The notes under the pieces were generated by a model that was not told where the DNA came from, made no database searches, and saw nothing but the letters and a program-made list of their open reading frames with translations. Shown in pieces: positions 49,872 to 63,274 of a DNA stretch of 64,000 nt. Position 1 is the first letter of the stretch. Each line of letters begins with the position of its first letter. The stretch is from Chiloscyllium plagiosum (lineage: Eukaryota): contig NC_057713.1 in assembly GCF_004010195.1 (NCBI RefSeq), positions 6,721,718 through 6,785,717 on the forward strand, given 5' to 3'. A program made the translations under genes and the position numbers.

Positions 49872-52800
49872 GAGAGTGCAGTTAGAGCATGTTGAGTTAC
49901 AGTTGTAGATGACCCAGCATGGATAGGATGGACAGAATAGCCGTACGGCACGTTGTAATCATTCTATGATTCTTTGATTTTGTTCTGTGGTTGTGAATAG
50001 AGTTGGAGCTGTACTATCGGATCACAATCAGCTTCTCAAAAAAACCTCACAATTTGCTTTAAGACTTGATAAAGTTGTTTCTGAAGTTTGATAAATGAGT
50101 TGTACCTATGTGAACTTGGCTAATAGCATGTAACTTAAAGGGGGGGGAGGGGGGAAACGCTTATAGGTGCCTAAAAATCCATCTTTAGAATTAACTAGGA
50201 GCAAAGCAGGGGATAAAGTAATCCACATTGAGGTTAATCTGTATAAATTCACAGCTGTTATAGAACACTTCAGCATAGAAGGAGACCATTCAATCTGTCA
50301 ATCTTGGCTCTGAACTCGTTCCCTACTCCCCACTCTTTTCCCCATAGCACTTTCTAAGTTTGAGGTTTTGTTTATACTTAGATGAATACAGTGTTTAAAC
50401 ATCTTCATGGTCTATACTGATAGGGACAGATGGTGACACAGTGGTGAAATCTCTGGACTGATAAGCTGCAGAGCGGTGTTCCAATCTCAACAAGCATCTA
50501 ACAAGAAAATCTGGAACATAGTTTCAATACTATTTCTAATCTATCCTCAATTGTTGTTAAAAACAAAACCCTCCCTAAAATATCACAAAGCTGCTGGGCT
50601 GGGTACTTTACCTCATGTTCACTAGTTTGCCTGCAGCAGGTAGGGGTGACCAACACATGGTCCTTGTAGAGACAAAGTTCCGTCATCAGATTGAGAATAC
50701 TTTGCATGTACTGTGTGACACTATCACCATGCTAAATGTCTTTGACTGCGAACAGACTGGGCATTCTTGAGTTTTTTGTGGGATCAGGAGAAACAGCAGA
50801 ATTGCCCTCAAACACAAACTATTACCTTATGGTCCAGCAAAGGTTAAAGAAGATAGCTTACCACCACCTTCCCAAGGGCAACTAGGGTTGGTCAAAGCAA
50901 CCCAGTTTAGCAGCAGGACCACTCTCCTGTGTAAGGGGCAACAGCAGGTTTCCACCAATTGACCTGGGGAGTTTAGCAGTTCTAATAAATACACATACTG
51001 CATTCTGTACCAGCTCTTCCTTGCTCAGAGTCTTTCATACCAAGCCATATAAGGGGATGTCCAACAAGAACAACTGGGCTGAATGGCCTCTTTCTGTGCC
51101 AGAATTTGTATCTCCATGTTTCGATGATTCTATGGGGACAGTGGTGACCAAATGACTCTTCAAACAGATCTGAATGGAAGGGAGGAGGGAGCATTGGAGA
51201 GGCTTAGGGAAGTATTTCCAGAGCTTAGAGCGTTGGTAGCTGAAGGTAGGACACCCTGGTGAATGTCTGGCAATGTGCAGGAGGCTAAAGCTGGAGAAAT
51301 ACAGAGATCTCCGAGTTATTACGATTCCAAAGGTTACAGAGATAGATGGGTGAGTGCATTGCAGAATTTAAAATGAACATGAGATCTTTGGAATTAAGGA
51401 ATTGCCAGACTGGGTGCTGGTGTAGGTCAGACAGCACAGGGTAATGTACAAAACAAAATATAATGCTTATTGTTTGCCATTAGATTACTTGAAGAAAATA
51501 CCGAGAGGCTATTTCATTCTGGGAGTTGCCTTGAAACATACATAGAAGCTAGGAACAGGAGGAGGCCATTCGGCCCTTCAAGCCTGCTCTGCCATTCAAT
51601 ATGATGATGGCTGGTCATCCAACTCAGTAGCCTAAATTCTTTGTCATATGAAGTCTCCACCTGGTGAACGGGCAAATAAATCTGTTGGACTATAACCTGG
51701 TCTTGTGGGACTTTTTGATTTTGTCCACCCCAGTCCAACGCTAGCACCTCCATATCTCTGGGCAAAGGCATTTCTCCTCACTTCAGTCCGAAAAGATTTA
51801 TCCCTTATCCTTAAACTCTGACCCCTAGTTCGAGGGTGTCATTAATGCTGAAATCTCCCTTTGCAATCAATAGACTTTGGTTTGGACTCTGCATAATGTA
51901 CTCACACTTGGCTTTACTCCTATCTATGTATATGACATGACAAATACATGAACATACAAACAAGGAGTAGGGGTAGGTCAATCAGCCCTCGTTTCTGCTC
52001 TAGCATTCATGAATAGCAAAGCTGATCTGATTGTTCCACATTCCCGTTCATTTATGGTAACCTCTCACCTCTTCCTTCTCAATAGTCTATCCACCCCTGT
52101 CTTAAAACAAAAATCAAATGAACTTGCTTCCACCAACTTTCAAGGAAATATTTCACCAACCCTTGTGAGGGAAATATTTTGGCTTGTTTCTGTTTTCATT
52201 GGGTAACCCGTTATTTTGGAACAGTGACCTCCTGGTTTTAGATTCTCCCACAAGAGGAAACATTCTCTCCATTATCTACCATGATCTTATCTATTTCAAT
52301 TAAGTCACCTCTTACACTTCAAAACTCCAGCAAATATTATCTCACAGTGCCATGTATAACTGCAGCATTATCTCCTTACTTTTGCCTCCTCGAAGTCTAC
52401 AGACAGTATAGGCATCAGTCCCCCTTTATCCATAACACGTCACTTTTTTTGAAGAACTTCAGTAGGATGGTTAAATACAAACTTGCAGGCATTAGTTCCC
52501 TAATATCTATGCCCTAAATATTCATAAAGTTTTTGTCCTGGGTGTCACCCTTTAGGATGGACCAGTGAATCATAGAATTCCCTCCAGTGTAGAAGAGGCC
52601 ATGTGGCCCATTGAGTCTGCACCAACCGTCCAAAAAGCATCCTGTCCAGAGTCTCACTAGTATGACTCTTCTTCAGCACAGACAAGAGTTTATATCTTCG
52701 TGACTGTCTTTTACTTATCGTACTCAGTTTTGGTCTCTCCGAAAGTGGAAACATTCCAAAGCGTCGTACTGGACTTAAAAAGTTAACTCTGATTCTCTTT

Positions 52801-52983
52801 GCACAGATGCTGCCAGACCTGCTGAGTGTCTCTAGCATTTTCTGTTTGTCTTTGGCATTTTCTCTCTGTCTACTCTATCAAGCACCTTCCTAAGTGCAAA
52901 GGTTGTTCCCCCCACCCCACCAAGTCATCCTTTTCTTTGTATTGGATAGGAGCCCCAGCTTCACTGTTTTCGTTTCCTTTCAG

Positions 52984-53137
52984 CTTTTGCCAGGAATGCC
53001 ACATCCAAAACTTTGCCATGAACAATGGAAAATGTCCTTTGTGCCGGAATCCCACTTCTTACATGGAGCAGCCAGCAACGGACATTGAGACCTGGATGAG
53101 AACGATGAAAGCAAATTGCAGAGGTTGTGATGTTGAG
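52984..53137 (+). CDS. RNF125: RNF125-like exon 2 (154 nt)
   Basis: Acceptor tttcctttcAG; FCQECHIQNFAMNNGKCPLCRNPTSYMEQPATDIETWMRTMKANCRGCDVE completes the C3HC4 RING and starts the C2HC finger; donor GTTAGT, phase 0. Confidence 0.92.
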
Positions 53138-54610
53138 GTTAGTTCACGAAAAGCAGCCTCTTGATACTTTGGCTCCATGTGATCCAGAGTCTGCACAATC
53201 TCATCTCAACATATGGAGTCTGAACAGACTCAACAGGATTTCTCCTGTTTCATCTGAGACACTGTAATACAGGCAAAGTCTAACCAAACCTTGTCTCAGT
53301 TGTACACTCTCATGGCATCTCACATTTGGTAACACACCTTGAGAAGGCACAGGTTCAGGAGTCAGACATCTGGAACAATATCAGGGTTGTAATAGCAGGG
53401 GATTTTAACTTTCCAAACATAGACAGGGATTGCCATTGTGTTAGGGGCTTGGATGAGGAGTAATTTGTTAAATGTGTTCAAGAAAATCTTACTGACTGAT
53501 ATGTAGATGCACTTACCAGAGAAGGAGCAAAACCTGACCTTGTCTTTGGAAATAAGGCAGAGAAAATGACTGCAGTGTTACTGGGGGAGCACTTTGGGAC
53601 CAGTGATAATTTTAAAATAGTTATGGAAAAGAATAGGCCTTGTATAAAAGTTAAAGATCTTAATTGGATTAAGGTAAACTTTGATGGCATGAGGCAGGAA
53701 CTTCAAGAGTTGATTAGAGTACACTGCTCGCAGGTAAAGGAACAACTGGCAAGTAGGAGACTTTCAAAAGTGAGATAACATGAATCCAGAGGTGCTATAT
53801 TCCTGTTAGACTGAAGGGTAAGGCTGGTAGGAGTAAAGAACAAAGGTTAAATAACGATATTGAGGCTCTGGTCAAGAATAAGAATGAGTCGTATATCAGG
53901 TATGTACAACTGTGATAAAGTGAATCTCTTGAAAGGTATAATGGGTGTGGGGGCATTCTTAAGAGGGAAATTAGGAAGACAAGAAGGGAAAAGGGGAGAT
54001 CCTTAACAGATAAGGTTAAAAATAATCCAAAGAGATTCTATAAATACACAAGGGGCAAAAGAGCAACGGGGAGACAATTACGATCAATGTGGTCATCAAT
54101 GTGTGGAACTACAGGATATGGGAGAGATACTAAACAAATATTTTACATCAGTTTTTCCTGTGGAGAAATCTGTGAAAGCTAGCAAACTCGGGGGAAATAA
54201 GTATTGATGCCTTGGAAACAGTCCACAGGGGACTAATATACTGGCAGGGAAATTTGCTAGAGCTGCTCGGGAAGATTTAAACTAGTAAGGTGGGACCCAG
54301 AGAAATAGTGAGGAAAGAGATCAATCTGAGACTGATACAGTTGAGAACAGAAGCGAGTCAAACATGGCAAGCAGGGACAAGGTAGGACTAATAAATTAAA
54401 CTGCATTTATTTCAATGCAAGGGGCCTAACAGGGAAGGCAGATGAACTCAGGGCATGGATAGGAACATGGGACTGGGATATCATAGCAATTACAGAAACA
54501 TGGCTCAGGGATGGGCAGGACTGGCAGCTTAATGTTCCAGGATAGAGGGGAGAGGCCGAGCGGTTACTGAGGGCTCGGAGAGAGACAGGGAGGAGGAGGA
54601 GGGGGGTGCT

Positions 54611-54820
54611 ATGTCAGCAGAGGGGTGTCCGCAGCTGGGCAGCTCCTGCGCCGAGGATCCGCCGCAGCAGCGCCTGTACTCGGAGGCAGCGGTGCGCTGT
54701 ATCGCGGAGCTCCGGGAGCGGGCGCTGGGCGAGAGCGCGCACTGGCCGCTCGGTCTGCGGAATGAATTCCTGCTCAGGTTCCTGAGAGCCCGGGACTTCA
54801 ACATCGAACAGGCACTGAAG
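54611..54820 (+). pseudogene. TTPA: Orphan TTPA-like (CRAL-TRIO N-terminal) coding exon 1, intact ATG-to-donor, no further exons seen
   Basis: MSAEGCPQLGSSCAEDPPQQRLYSEAAVRCIAELRERALGESAHWPLGLRNEFLLRFLRARDFNIEQALK followed by GTGAGC. FLLRFLRARDF plus a phase-0 intron seven codons later matches TTPA exon 1 as I recall it. Confidence 0.75.
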
Positions 54821-55249
54821 GTGAGCTCAAAGGCAGGAGGACAGGGTTAGCAACAAAGACACACAATTCCCAGCAGCCGCAGGAGGAGGAGGAGGAGGAG
54901 GAGGAGGGAGGTACAGGGTTCCAACCTTGCTCAGCCTCCCAGCGCTGAGAGCGGTGGGCAGACTGGAACATCTCTCATGTTTCCAGTTCCCTTGACATCT
55001 GTCGCGGTAACTCGTTGGGGAAACTTTTCAGGAGCTGTGAGCAAAACAGAACAACAGAACCTGGGCTACTGCAAGGCTGTAGCAGAAGGGGACAGTAATT
55101 GCTGGAGAAAGGGAGCAGGATCTGTGGAGAGTTTCGAGAAGGGGGTCACTGCACTCAACACGAAATAACAACGCGCTGTGCATCTGCTCGGGAGGAAAGC
55201 TTGGAGCAGTCTGTAACTGTGCCACGGATTGTCTCTCTGTTAACAAATT

Positions 55250-55930
55250 ATTTGGAGATGCCGGTGTTGGACTGGGGTGTACAAAGTTAAAAATCACACA
55301 ACACCAGGTTATAGTCCAACAGGTTTAATTGGAAGCACACTAGCTTTCGGAGCGATGCTCCTTCATCAGGTGATTGTGGAGGGCTCGATCGTAACACAGA
55401 ATTTATAGCAAAAATTTGCAGTGTGATGTAACTGAAATTATACATTGAAAAATTGATTGTCTGTTAAACCTTTCATCTGTTAGAATACAGTGATAGTTTC
55501 ACTTCTTTCATGTGTAAATCACAAAACTTTTTTTAAAAGTTGCATTCTCTGGTTAGCTGTTAACAATGGTGATAGCTAGACAATATGTTGAAGGTAGGTA
55601 AAAACAATGGCTGCAGATGCTGGAAACCAGATTCTGGATTTGTGGTGCAGGAAGAGCACAGCAGTTCAGGCACCATCCGAGGAGCAGTAAAATCGACGTT
55701 TTGGGCAAAAGCCCTTCATCAGGAATACAGGCTTTCTGCCTGTATTCCTGTTTTGCTGCTCCTCGGATGCTGCCTGAACTGCTGTGCTCTTCCAGCACCA
55801 CTAATCCAGAATATGTTAAAGGTGTTGACCCACTGTGTTCTCTGTCTATGCCATGATGTTTAGATTGATTCTAATCTAAAAAGTGAGATAACAGAGTTTT
55901 ACATAAATTCATGCAGTTTTTGAGCTCAGA
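55250..55930 (-). mobile_element. Penelope family B terminal region with nested family A fold-back (TSD aatatgtt(g/a)aaggt, 55582-55823)
   Basis: Matches 28190-28620 and the reverse complement of 29700-30037. Confidence 0.8.
55338..55372 (-). ncRNA. Minimal hammerhead ribozyme-like motif, Penelope family B
   Basis: Minus strand CAC-CTGATGA-A-GGAGC(ATC)GCTCC-GAAA-GC-TA-GTG. Confidence 0.7.
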
Positions 55931-56825
55931 GTATTTTGAGTATTTTGCATCAGTATTTACTGTGGAAAAGGATATGAAAGATATAGACTAAGGAAATAGA
56001 TAGTGACATCTTGCAAAATGTCCAGATTACAGAGGAGGAAGTGCTGGATGTCTTGAAAAGGATAAAGGTGGGTAAATCCCCAGGACCTGATCAGGTGTAC
56101 CCGAGAACTCTGTGGGAAGCTAGAGAAGTGATTGTTGGGTCTCTTGCTGAGATATTTGTATCATTGATAGTCACAGGTGAGGTGCTGGAAGAGTGGAGGT
56201 TGGCAAACGTAATGCCACTGTTTAAGAAGGGTGGTAAGGACAAGCCAGGGAAAAATAGACCAGTGAGCCTGACCTTGGTGGTGGGCAAGTTGTTGGAGGG
56301 AATCCTGAGGGACAGGATGTACATGTATTTGGAAAGGCGAGGACTGACTAGGGATAGTCAACATGGCTTTGTGCGTGGGAAATCATGTCTCACAAACTTG
56401 ATTGAGCTTTTTGAAGAGTAACAAAGAGGATTGATGAGGGCAGAATGGTGGACATGATCTATATGGATTTCAGTAAGGCATTCAACAAGGTTTCCCAGGG
56501 GAGACTGATTAGCAAGGTTAGATCTCATGGAATACAGGGAGAACTAGCCATTTGGATACAGAATTGGCTCAAAGGTAGAAGACAGAGGGTGGTGGTGGAG
56601 GGTTGTTTTTCAGACTGGAGGCCTGTGACCAGTGGAGTGCCACAAGGACCGGTGCTGGGACCTCTACTTTTTATGATTTTCATAAATGATTTATATGCGA
56701 GCATAAGGGGTTTACTTAGTATGTTTGCCGGTGACAACAAAACTACGGGTGCAGTGGACAGCGAAGAAGGTTGCCTAAGATTGCAACAGGATCTTGACCA
56801 GATGGGCCAATGGGCTGAGAAGTGG

Positions 56826-56853
56826 NNNNNNNNNNNNNNNNNNNNNNNNNNNN
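56826..56853. other. Assembly gap (N run)
   Basis: Run of N inside the CR1 RT region. Confidence 1.
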
Positions 56854-58641
56854 GTGAAACTTGAAAGGGTTCAGAAAAGATTTATAAGAATGTTGCCAGG
56901 GTTGGAGGATCTGAGCTTTAGGGAGAGGCTGAACAGGCTGGGGCTGTTTTCCCTGGAGCGTCGGAGGCTGAGGGGTGACCTTATAGAGGTTTACAAAATT
57001 ATGAGGGGTATGGATAGGATAAGTAGACAAAGTCTTTTCCCTGGGGTCGGGAAGTCCAGAACTAGATGGTATAGGTTTAGGGTGAGAGGGGAAAGATATA
57101 ATAGAGACCTATGGGGCAACATTTTCACACAGAGGATGGTACGGGTATGGGATGAGCTGCCAGAGGATGTGGTGGAGGCTGGTACAATTGCAACATTTAA
57201 GAGACATTTGGATGGGTATATGAATAGGAAGGGTTTGGAGGATAGGGGCCGGGTGCTGGCAGGTGGGACTAGATTGGGTTGGGATATCTGGTCGGCTTGG
57301 GCGTGTTGGACCAAAGGGTCTTTTTCCATGCTGCACATCTCTATGACTCTATTACAGAAGAAGAGGTGCTTTAGGAACAAATAAAGGTGGATAAATCTCT
57401 AGGACCAGCGTGTGCTGCAGGGATCAGCAGGGGGTCCACTTTTGTTTCTCATTTCTACGTTTGGATGAAAATCTAGTAAGTAAGTAATAGTTAGTAAGTT
57501 TGTGAATGACACAAAATTAGTATTGGTAGAAGATTTATCCGAAATGCTTGGGACCAGCTGTTTTCTGGAATTCTGAATTTTTCAGTTTTCAGAATAGTGA
57601 CAGTTTCATGGTGAAATGTTTAAAAATCTTACCAGAGGAGCAGACTTCTAAGTAAGAACGTGCTTGGACATGCCCCCCCCCCCCCCCAACGTTGCATCTG
57701 AGTGACACACTTTGAGTGGGTGTTGACTTGGGGGCATTCACAGAGAAACCCCAGGGTTGTCAGTGCTTGGCCACGCCTCCTCATGTCGCATCCGAGTGAC
57801 ACACATGGAGTGGGTGTCAACTTGGGTTAACTGTTTGCTTGCCAAACAACCTTAATGAGAAAAAAAATTCACAAAAAATTTTGGATTTCGGAGCTCTTCG
57901 GTTTTTGGATGTTCGGATAAATACCTGTAGTATATTTGACAGTGAAGAAGGTTATCTAAGATTATACATGGGTCTTGATCAATTTGGGCAATGAGCTAAG
58001 GAGTGGCATATGGAGTTGAATTTGGATAAATGCGAGGTATTGTAATTTGGTAAAATAAACAAGGACAGGACTTACAGAGTTAATGGGAAGGCCCTGTTGA
58101 ACAGAGAGACCTGGGGTTCCGGTACATAGTTCTTTGAAAGTTGCCTCACAGATTAAGAAGGCGTTTAGCATGCTTGCCTACTTTGTTCAGAGCATTGAGG
58201 ATAGGATTTGGGATGTCATGCTGTGGTGGTACAGGACGTTGGTGAGGCCACTATTGGAGTATTGTGTATAGTTCTGATCACCCTGCTATAGGCAGGTGAT
58301 TATTAAATTGGAGAAGGGAGTCTAGGGTCAGAGGGCATAATCTCAGAATAAGAGGTCATCCACTTAAAACAGAGATGAGGAGGAATTTCTTCTGAGGGGA
58401 GTGACTCTGTGGAATTCTTTACCACAAATGGCTATCAAGGCTGGGTCATTAAGTATATTCAGGGATGAGATAGAAGATTTTTAATCAGTTAGGGAATCAA
58501 GGGCTATGCAGGAAAGTGGAGTTGAGGATTATCAGATCGACCATGATCTCATAGAATGACAGAGCAGACTTGATGAGCTGAATGGCCTATGTCTCTCCTG
58601 CTATGTTTATGTGTATAACAAGAGTGTGGGCTTGTTTTCAG

Positions 58642-58754
58642 GTGTACCTGATTGACATGAGGACACACACTACCACCTGCGCACAGTACCTGAGGGAATA
58701 TGGTCCAGACTGCAATACAAGTGCAATACCTCTCCCAACACCTGCCTCAGTCAG
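58642..58754 (+). CDS. RNF125: RNF125-like exon 3 (113 nt)
   Basis: Acceptor ttgttttcAG; VYLIDMRTHTTTCAQYLREYGPDCNTSAIPLPTPASV completes the C2HC finger; donor GTAAGC, phase 2. Confidence 0.9.
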
Positions 58755-58914
58755 GTAAGCTTCAGACCTGCCAGGGAAGTAAAAATAATTCCACATCAAA
58801 ACGTCTACTATTAGATACGATTCCAGAACTTGCTGAACAATCCTAAATGTGACACCAATGACCAATTTACGATAAATGGTTGCACCTATTATGTTGTTCA
58901 GTTATGCTCATTAA

Positions 58915-59187
58915 GAATAGATACCCTACAGTGTGGAAACAGGCCATTTGGCCCAACAAGTCCACACTGACCCTCTGAATTCCCCCTGACCAATTCCCCC
59001 AACACGTTTTGGGCAATTTAGCACAGCCAATTCACCTCACCTGCACATCTTTGGACTGTGGGAGGAAACCCATGCAGACACAGGGGGAAATGTGCAAACT
59101 CCACACAGAGTCACCTGAGGCTGGAATTGAAGCTGGGACCCTGGCCCTGTGAGGTAGCAGTGCTAACCACTGAGCCACCATGCCACC
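58915..59187 (-). mobile_element. HE1-like V-SINE
   Basis: Reverse complement of the 11595 family. Confidence 0.8.
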
Positions 59188-59716
59188 CATCCAGGTCAGA
59201 AACGTTCATGCACAAAGAAAGGGAATATATCCAAGTCTTGCACTTTCTTACTCCTGAATTACTCCTGTGTTTGGGGATCCTACATTCGCTATTGCTTTGG
59301 CCATGACAATGCTACGTTGTTTTCATAGATTATTTTATCTGACTGGTGCCTGAAGGTTTAGACTCTGGGTCTGTCCAATTTGAATTTAGTACAAATGAAA
59401 TCCAAGTCATTGATAAGATGCAATTTAATACTTGTTAACCCTTGTATCTCAACATTTCATTAGGTATTCAGTAACTGGGCTAAATATCTTTCATGTAACG
59501 TGTTATAGTTTCTCTTGTAGTTTATTGGATTATGTGCATCACTGAGTGCAAATCTCCAACACAGAGAAACTAGTGATGTTTCACTCATTCTGCTTATCTA
59601 TTTGGTTTGTAGAGATAATTTAAAAGTTGTTTGATGGAATTGTCTTGTAAGTGGTTTCAGAGCTGTTCATCCATCAGCAAACAATATAACACAGTTTGTT
59701 TTTCCCTATTTTCAAG

Positions 59717-59834
59717 TGCCACAGAACCAAACAGATCTACATTTACCTGCCCGTATTGCCATCAAAGTGGCTATGACATGGGTGACCTTGTGCTGCATTG
59801 TTGTACGTATCATTGTGGTGATTATCGGCATGTG
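59717..59834 (+). CDS. RNF125: RNF125-like exon 4 (118 nt)
   Basis: Acceptor tattttcaAG; (S)ATEPNRSTFTCPYCHQSGYDMGDLVLHCCTYHCGDYRHV is the first Di19-type C2H2 finger; donor GTAAGT. Confidence 0.9.
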
Positions 59835-60424
59835 GTAAGTGTTTTCATGTTGTTTCTTCTTAATCGCCAAATTGTTTGTGCAATGAAAACATTTACACTG
59901 AGTGAGTGCCATTTTTTAGAAAATATGCCTCATCAGGCAGAAGACGCGATGAGTTTATCTGACATTTTAACAAAGAGGACTTTCTGTCCTTCACTCCACA
60001 CCAACAAGAAAGACTTAAAAGCTTCATCTCGGCCTCTTCCTGTTGGTGAAACAGGGATGGACAGCCAGAACTTGCAGTTGTACAGCACCTTTTGTGACCT
60101 CCGAATATCCTAATACTCTTTACAGAAATGGAAACTCTTCCAAAGGGGTCATAGAAGGCCTTTGTTCTTTGCATCTAACTGGGACAAACTCCTGTCCACA
60201 CCAACTGACAAGCTCTATTAAAACATTGAGAATGGAGCCCAGTTTCTGGGAAGATTCACAGTTAACTCTCATATCCCTCTTCTTATAAAAGCAATATGTT
60301 GGATGCACCATAACCATTACCTTCTGCACTGGACATCAGTTACATTTAATGTTTATTCTTTGTTCCAGAATTCCTCAAATATTGCTTGAGAAATTCTTGG
60401 AATCAAATGAAACAAAGACTTGCA

Positions 60425-61500
60425 CGTTTCCTGATTACTCCCAATTCCTCCACCTCTGCTGTTTGTGCTCCCAGGACGACCAATTCCACTCCAGAACATC
60501 CCAGATGGCCTCCTACTTCAAAGACTGCAATTTCCCTTCCCACTTGGTTAACAGTGCCCTCCAGTGCATCTCCTCCACTTCCCGCACCTCGCCCCTTGAA
60601 CTCCATCCGTCCAATTGCAATAAGGTTAGAACTTCCCGGTCCTCACCTTTCAGCTCACCAATCACTGGATACAATGCATCATCCTCCACCATTTCCTCCA
60701 TGTACAGTCAGACCTCACCACCAGAGATATATTTCCCTCCCCACCCCTTTCAGCATTCCGCAGCGACCATTCCTTCCCCGACTCACTCGTTAGATCCCCC
60801 CAACCAACCCACCCTCCACTCCCAGCACCTTCACTTGCCACCACAATAAGTCCAAAACCTGAGCCCACAACTCTCCCCTCACCTCCGTCCAAGACCCCAA
60901 AGGATCCTTCCACATCTGGCAGAGATTTCTCTGCACCTCCAAACACCTCATCTACTGTGTCCATTGCTCTCGATGTGGTCGCCTCCACATTGGAGAGACA
61001 GGATGCCAGCTTGTGGAACATTTCAGAGAATATCTCAGAGACACGCACACCAATCAACCCCTCCACCCCGTGGCTGAACACTTCAACACCCCATCCCACT
61101 CCGCCAAGTACTGGGTTGCCTCCACTGCCAAATCCTAGCCACACGACGCCTGGAGGAAGAACGCTTCATCTTCCACCTTCAGACACTCCAACCACACGAG
61201 ATCAATGTGAATTTCACCAGTTTCCTCATCTCCCCTCCCCCACCTCATCCCAGATCCAACCCTCCAACTCGGCACTGCCCTCTTGACCTGTCCTACTTGT
61301 TCATCTTCCTTCTCAATTATCTGCTCCAACGTCCACTCCAACCTATCACCACCCCTCCAGTCCCACCCCCTCCCATTTGTCTCTCAGTTCTCTTGGGCAC
61401 CCCCTCATTCCTGATGAAAACTTATGCCCGAAACGTCAACTCTCCTGCTCCTCGGATGGTGCCTGACCGGCTGTGATTTTCCAGCACCACACTTTTTGAC
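60425..61500 (+). mobile_element. Penelope-like element 3' part (thumb, linker, GIY-YIG, family A terminal repeat), decayed
   Basis: YSQFLHL..SQMASYFKD..; LIYCVHCSRCGRLHIGETG; ends ctgatgaaaacttatgcccgaaacgtc...ccagcaccac. Confidence 0.85.
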
Positions 61501-61659
61501 CTAGATAACCAAGGAGGACATCCCTACTGTTTTGTTTGTGTTTATGGGTTGAAGGTATCCCTGGTGAGGCCAGTGTTTATTGCCCATCACTGATTGTACT
61601 GGAGAAGGGAGTGGTGAGCCACTTTCTTGAATCATTTTGTGTCCTGCTCTCCACCTGAG

Positions 61660-62003
61660 AGGCCAGAGATCATCAAACCTCCCACCCTGATAATGATCTC
61701 CTACAACCTCTTCCATCAGGCAGAAGACGCAGAAACCTGGACACACACACGAACAGGTTTAAGAACAGCTTCATCCCTGTTGTTATTAGACTGAAGAATG
61801 GACTCTCTAATTTCATATAATGTTGATGTTGATCTTGCGTAGTGCACTTTCTGTGCGGTGTAGCCTGAATGCCTTACTCTGTCCAAGTTCTTTTTTCACC
61901 CTATGATCTGTATATCCTTGCTTACTATGATCTGCCTGTACTGCTCACAAACAAAGCTTTTCACTGTACTTCGGTACACGTGACAATAAATGAAATTAAA
62001 TCA
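61660..62003 (+). mobile_element. Rex1/Babar-like LINE 3' end
   Basis: LPSGRR....TNRFKNSF-like C-terminus, then a 3' UTR ending gacaataaa...aaatc. Confidence 0.55.
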
Positions 62004-62186
62004 GAGGAGATGATAGTTGAACATCACATACAGTGCAAAGTGCAGTACTCCTTCAGTACCGCACTGGGGAGTCTGCTTAGATTATTGTACTCAAGTGGGA
62101 CACGAACCCACAATATTTCTTACTCAAAAGGTGTGAATGCTATCAGTGACTCGTTTTAGCTGAAACTGTGGATTCTTGTCCTGTAG

Positions 62187-62294
62187 GTCTGTCCAATTTG
62201 TGCATCAATGCCGTGGGGGGATCCAAATTATTACAGCAGGAATTTTATTCAGCACCTGAGAGTCCGACACCGATTCCAATACCAATTCTTTGTG
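62187..62294 (+). CDS. RNF125: RNF125-like exon 5 (108 nt)
   Basis: Acceptor cctgtAG; [36 protein letters not shown]; donor GTGAGT. Confidence 0.93.
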
Positions 62295-63274
62295 GTGAGT
62301 GTATTTGACATTGTGTGTGTATATCATTCTGATTGCAAGTAATTGGGAAGGTTAATATTATCATGTATTATGAATGGAGCATTAAAGTAAAATTATGCTT
62401 TAATTATAGAGGGTATTGGTGAGACCACGTCTCAAATACTGTGTGCAGTTTCAGTCTCTTTTATTTAAAGATTGAGAGGGGGTTTACTCGATTGATACCA
62501 GCAATCACTAGGTTTTCTTAGAGCCAGCACAGCGCAGTTGGCCCATCAGATCCACACTGACAAAAAAATGAATGATGTGGAGGTGCCGATGTTGGAATGA
62601 GGTGGTGAGACAGATTAGGAACAAAACAGAAGTTGTTGGAAAATCTCAGCAGGTCTGACGGCACCTGTGGGAGAAAATAAATCAGAGTTCATGTTTCGAG
62701 TCTGAGGGAGAGTCACTGGATCCAAAATGTTAACTCTGATTTTTCTTCACAGATGCTGCCAGACCTGCTGAGCTTTTCCGGCAATTTCTACTTGTGCTCC
62801 TGATTTACAGTTCTTTTGGTTTTTAGTTAGACGGTTTGGGCTAGTTTACACTGGAGTTTAGAGTGAGGGTAATTGCAATGAATAACATGTTGACAATGTG
62901 GATGTGCAAATGATATATCCTTCTGTGGGTGAGTCCAGAACTAGGGGGCATTGTTAAAAATTAGGTGTCGCCTACTGATATGAGGAGAAGTACTTTCTCT
63001 CATAGAGTCCTTACAGTGTGGAAGCAGGCCATTTGGCCCCTCAAGTCCACACCAACCCTCTGATGAGCATCCAAGTGCAGGAAAGTGAGACCATTGTAGG
63101 TTTAGTGTAGCTTTGGCAGTACAGACTCGATAGGCCAAAAGGCCTCTTCTGTCCTGTATGATTCTATGATCCTTTGCAGAAGTGATGACGTGGGAAATTC
63201 AGGCTGGTGGAGAAACAGGTCAGTCTTACTGTCTGAATGTTAACCTCGAATACTGCTTTCTTCCCTGATTTCAG

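Larger units (their letters stand above)
54228..57350 (+). mobile_element. Younger CR1 whose endonuclease/linker segment is replaced by about 1.4 kb of foreign DNA
   Basis: ORF1 end GTNILAGKFARAAREDLN* and ORF2 start LNCIYFNARGLTGKADELRAW...QLNVPG up to about 54544. CR1 resumes at about 55930 with EYFASVFTVEKD, RT motifs and a ctatgactct tail at 57350. Confidence 0.75.
53375..58600 (+). mobile_element. Older CR1 ORF2 remnant split at about 54227/57351 by a younger CR1 composite
   Basis: VVIAGDFNFPNID...EILNKYFTSVF...ETVH stops at 54227 and resumes as ITEEEVL..IKVDKSLGP at 57351. A Tigger/MER46-like MITE lies at about 57525-57929. Confidence 0.75.
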
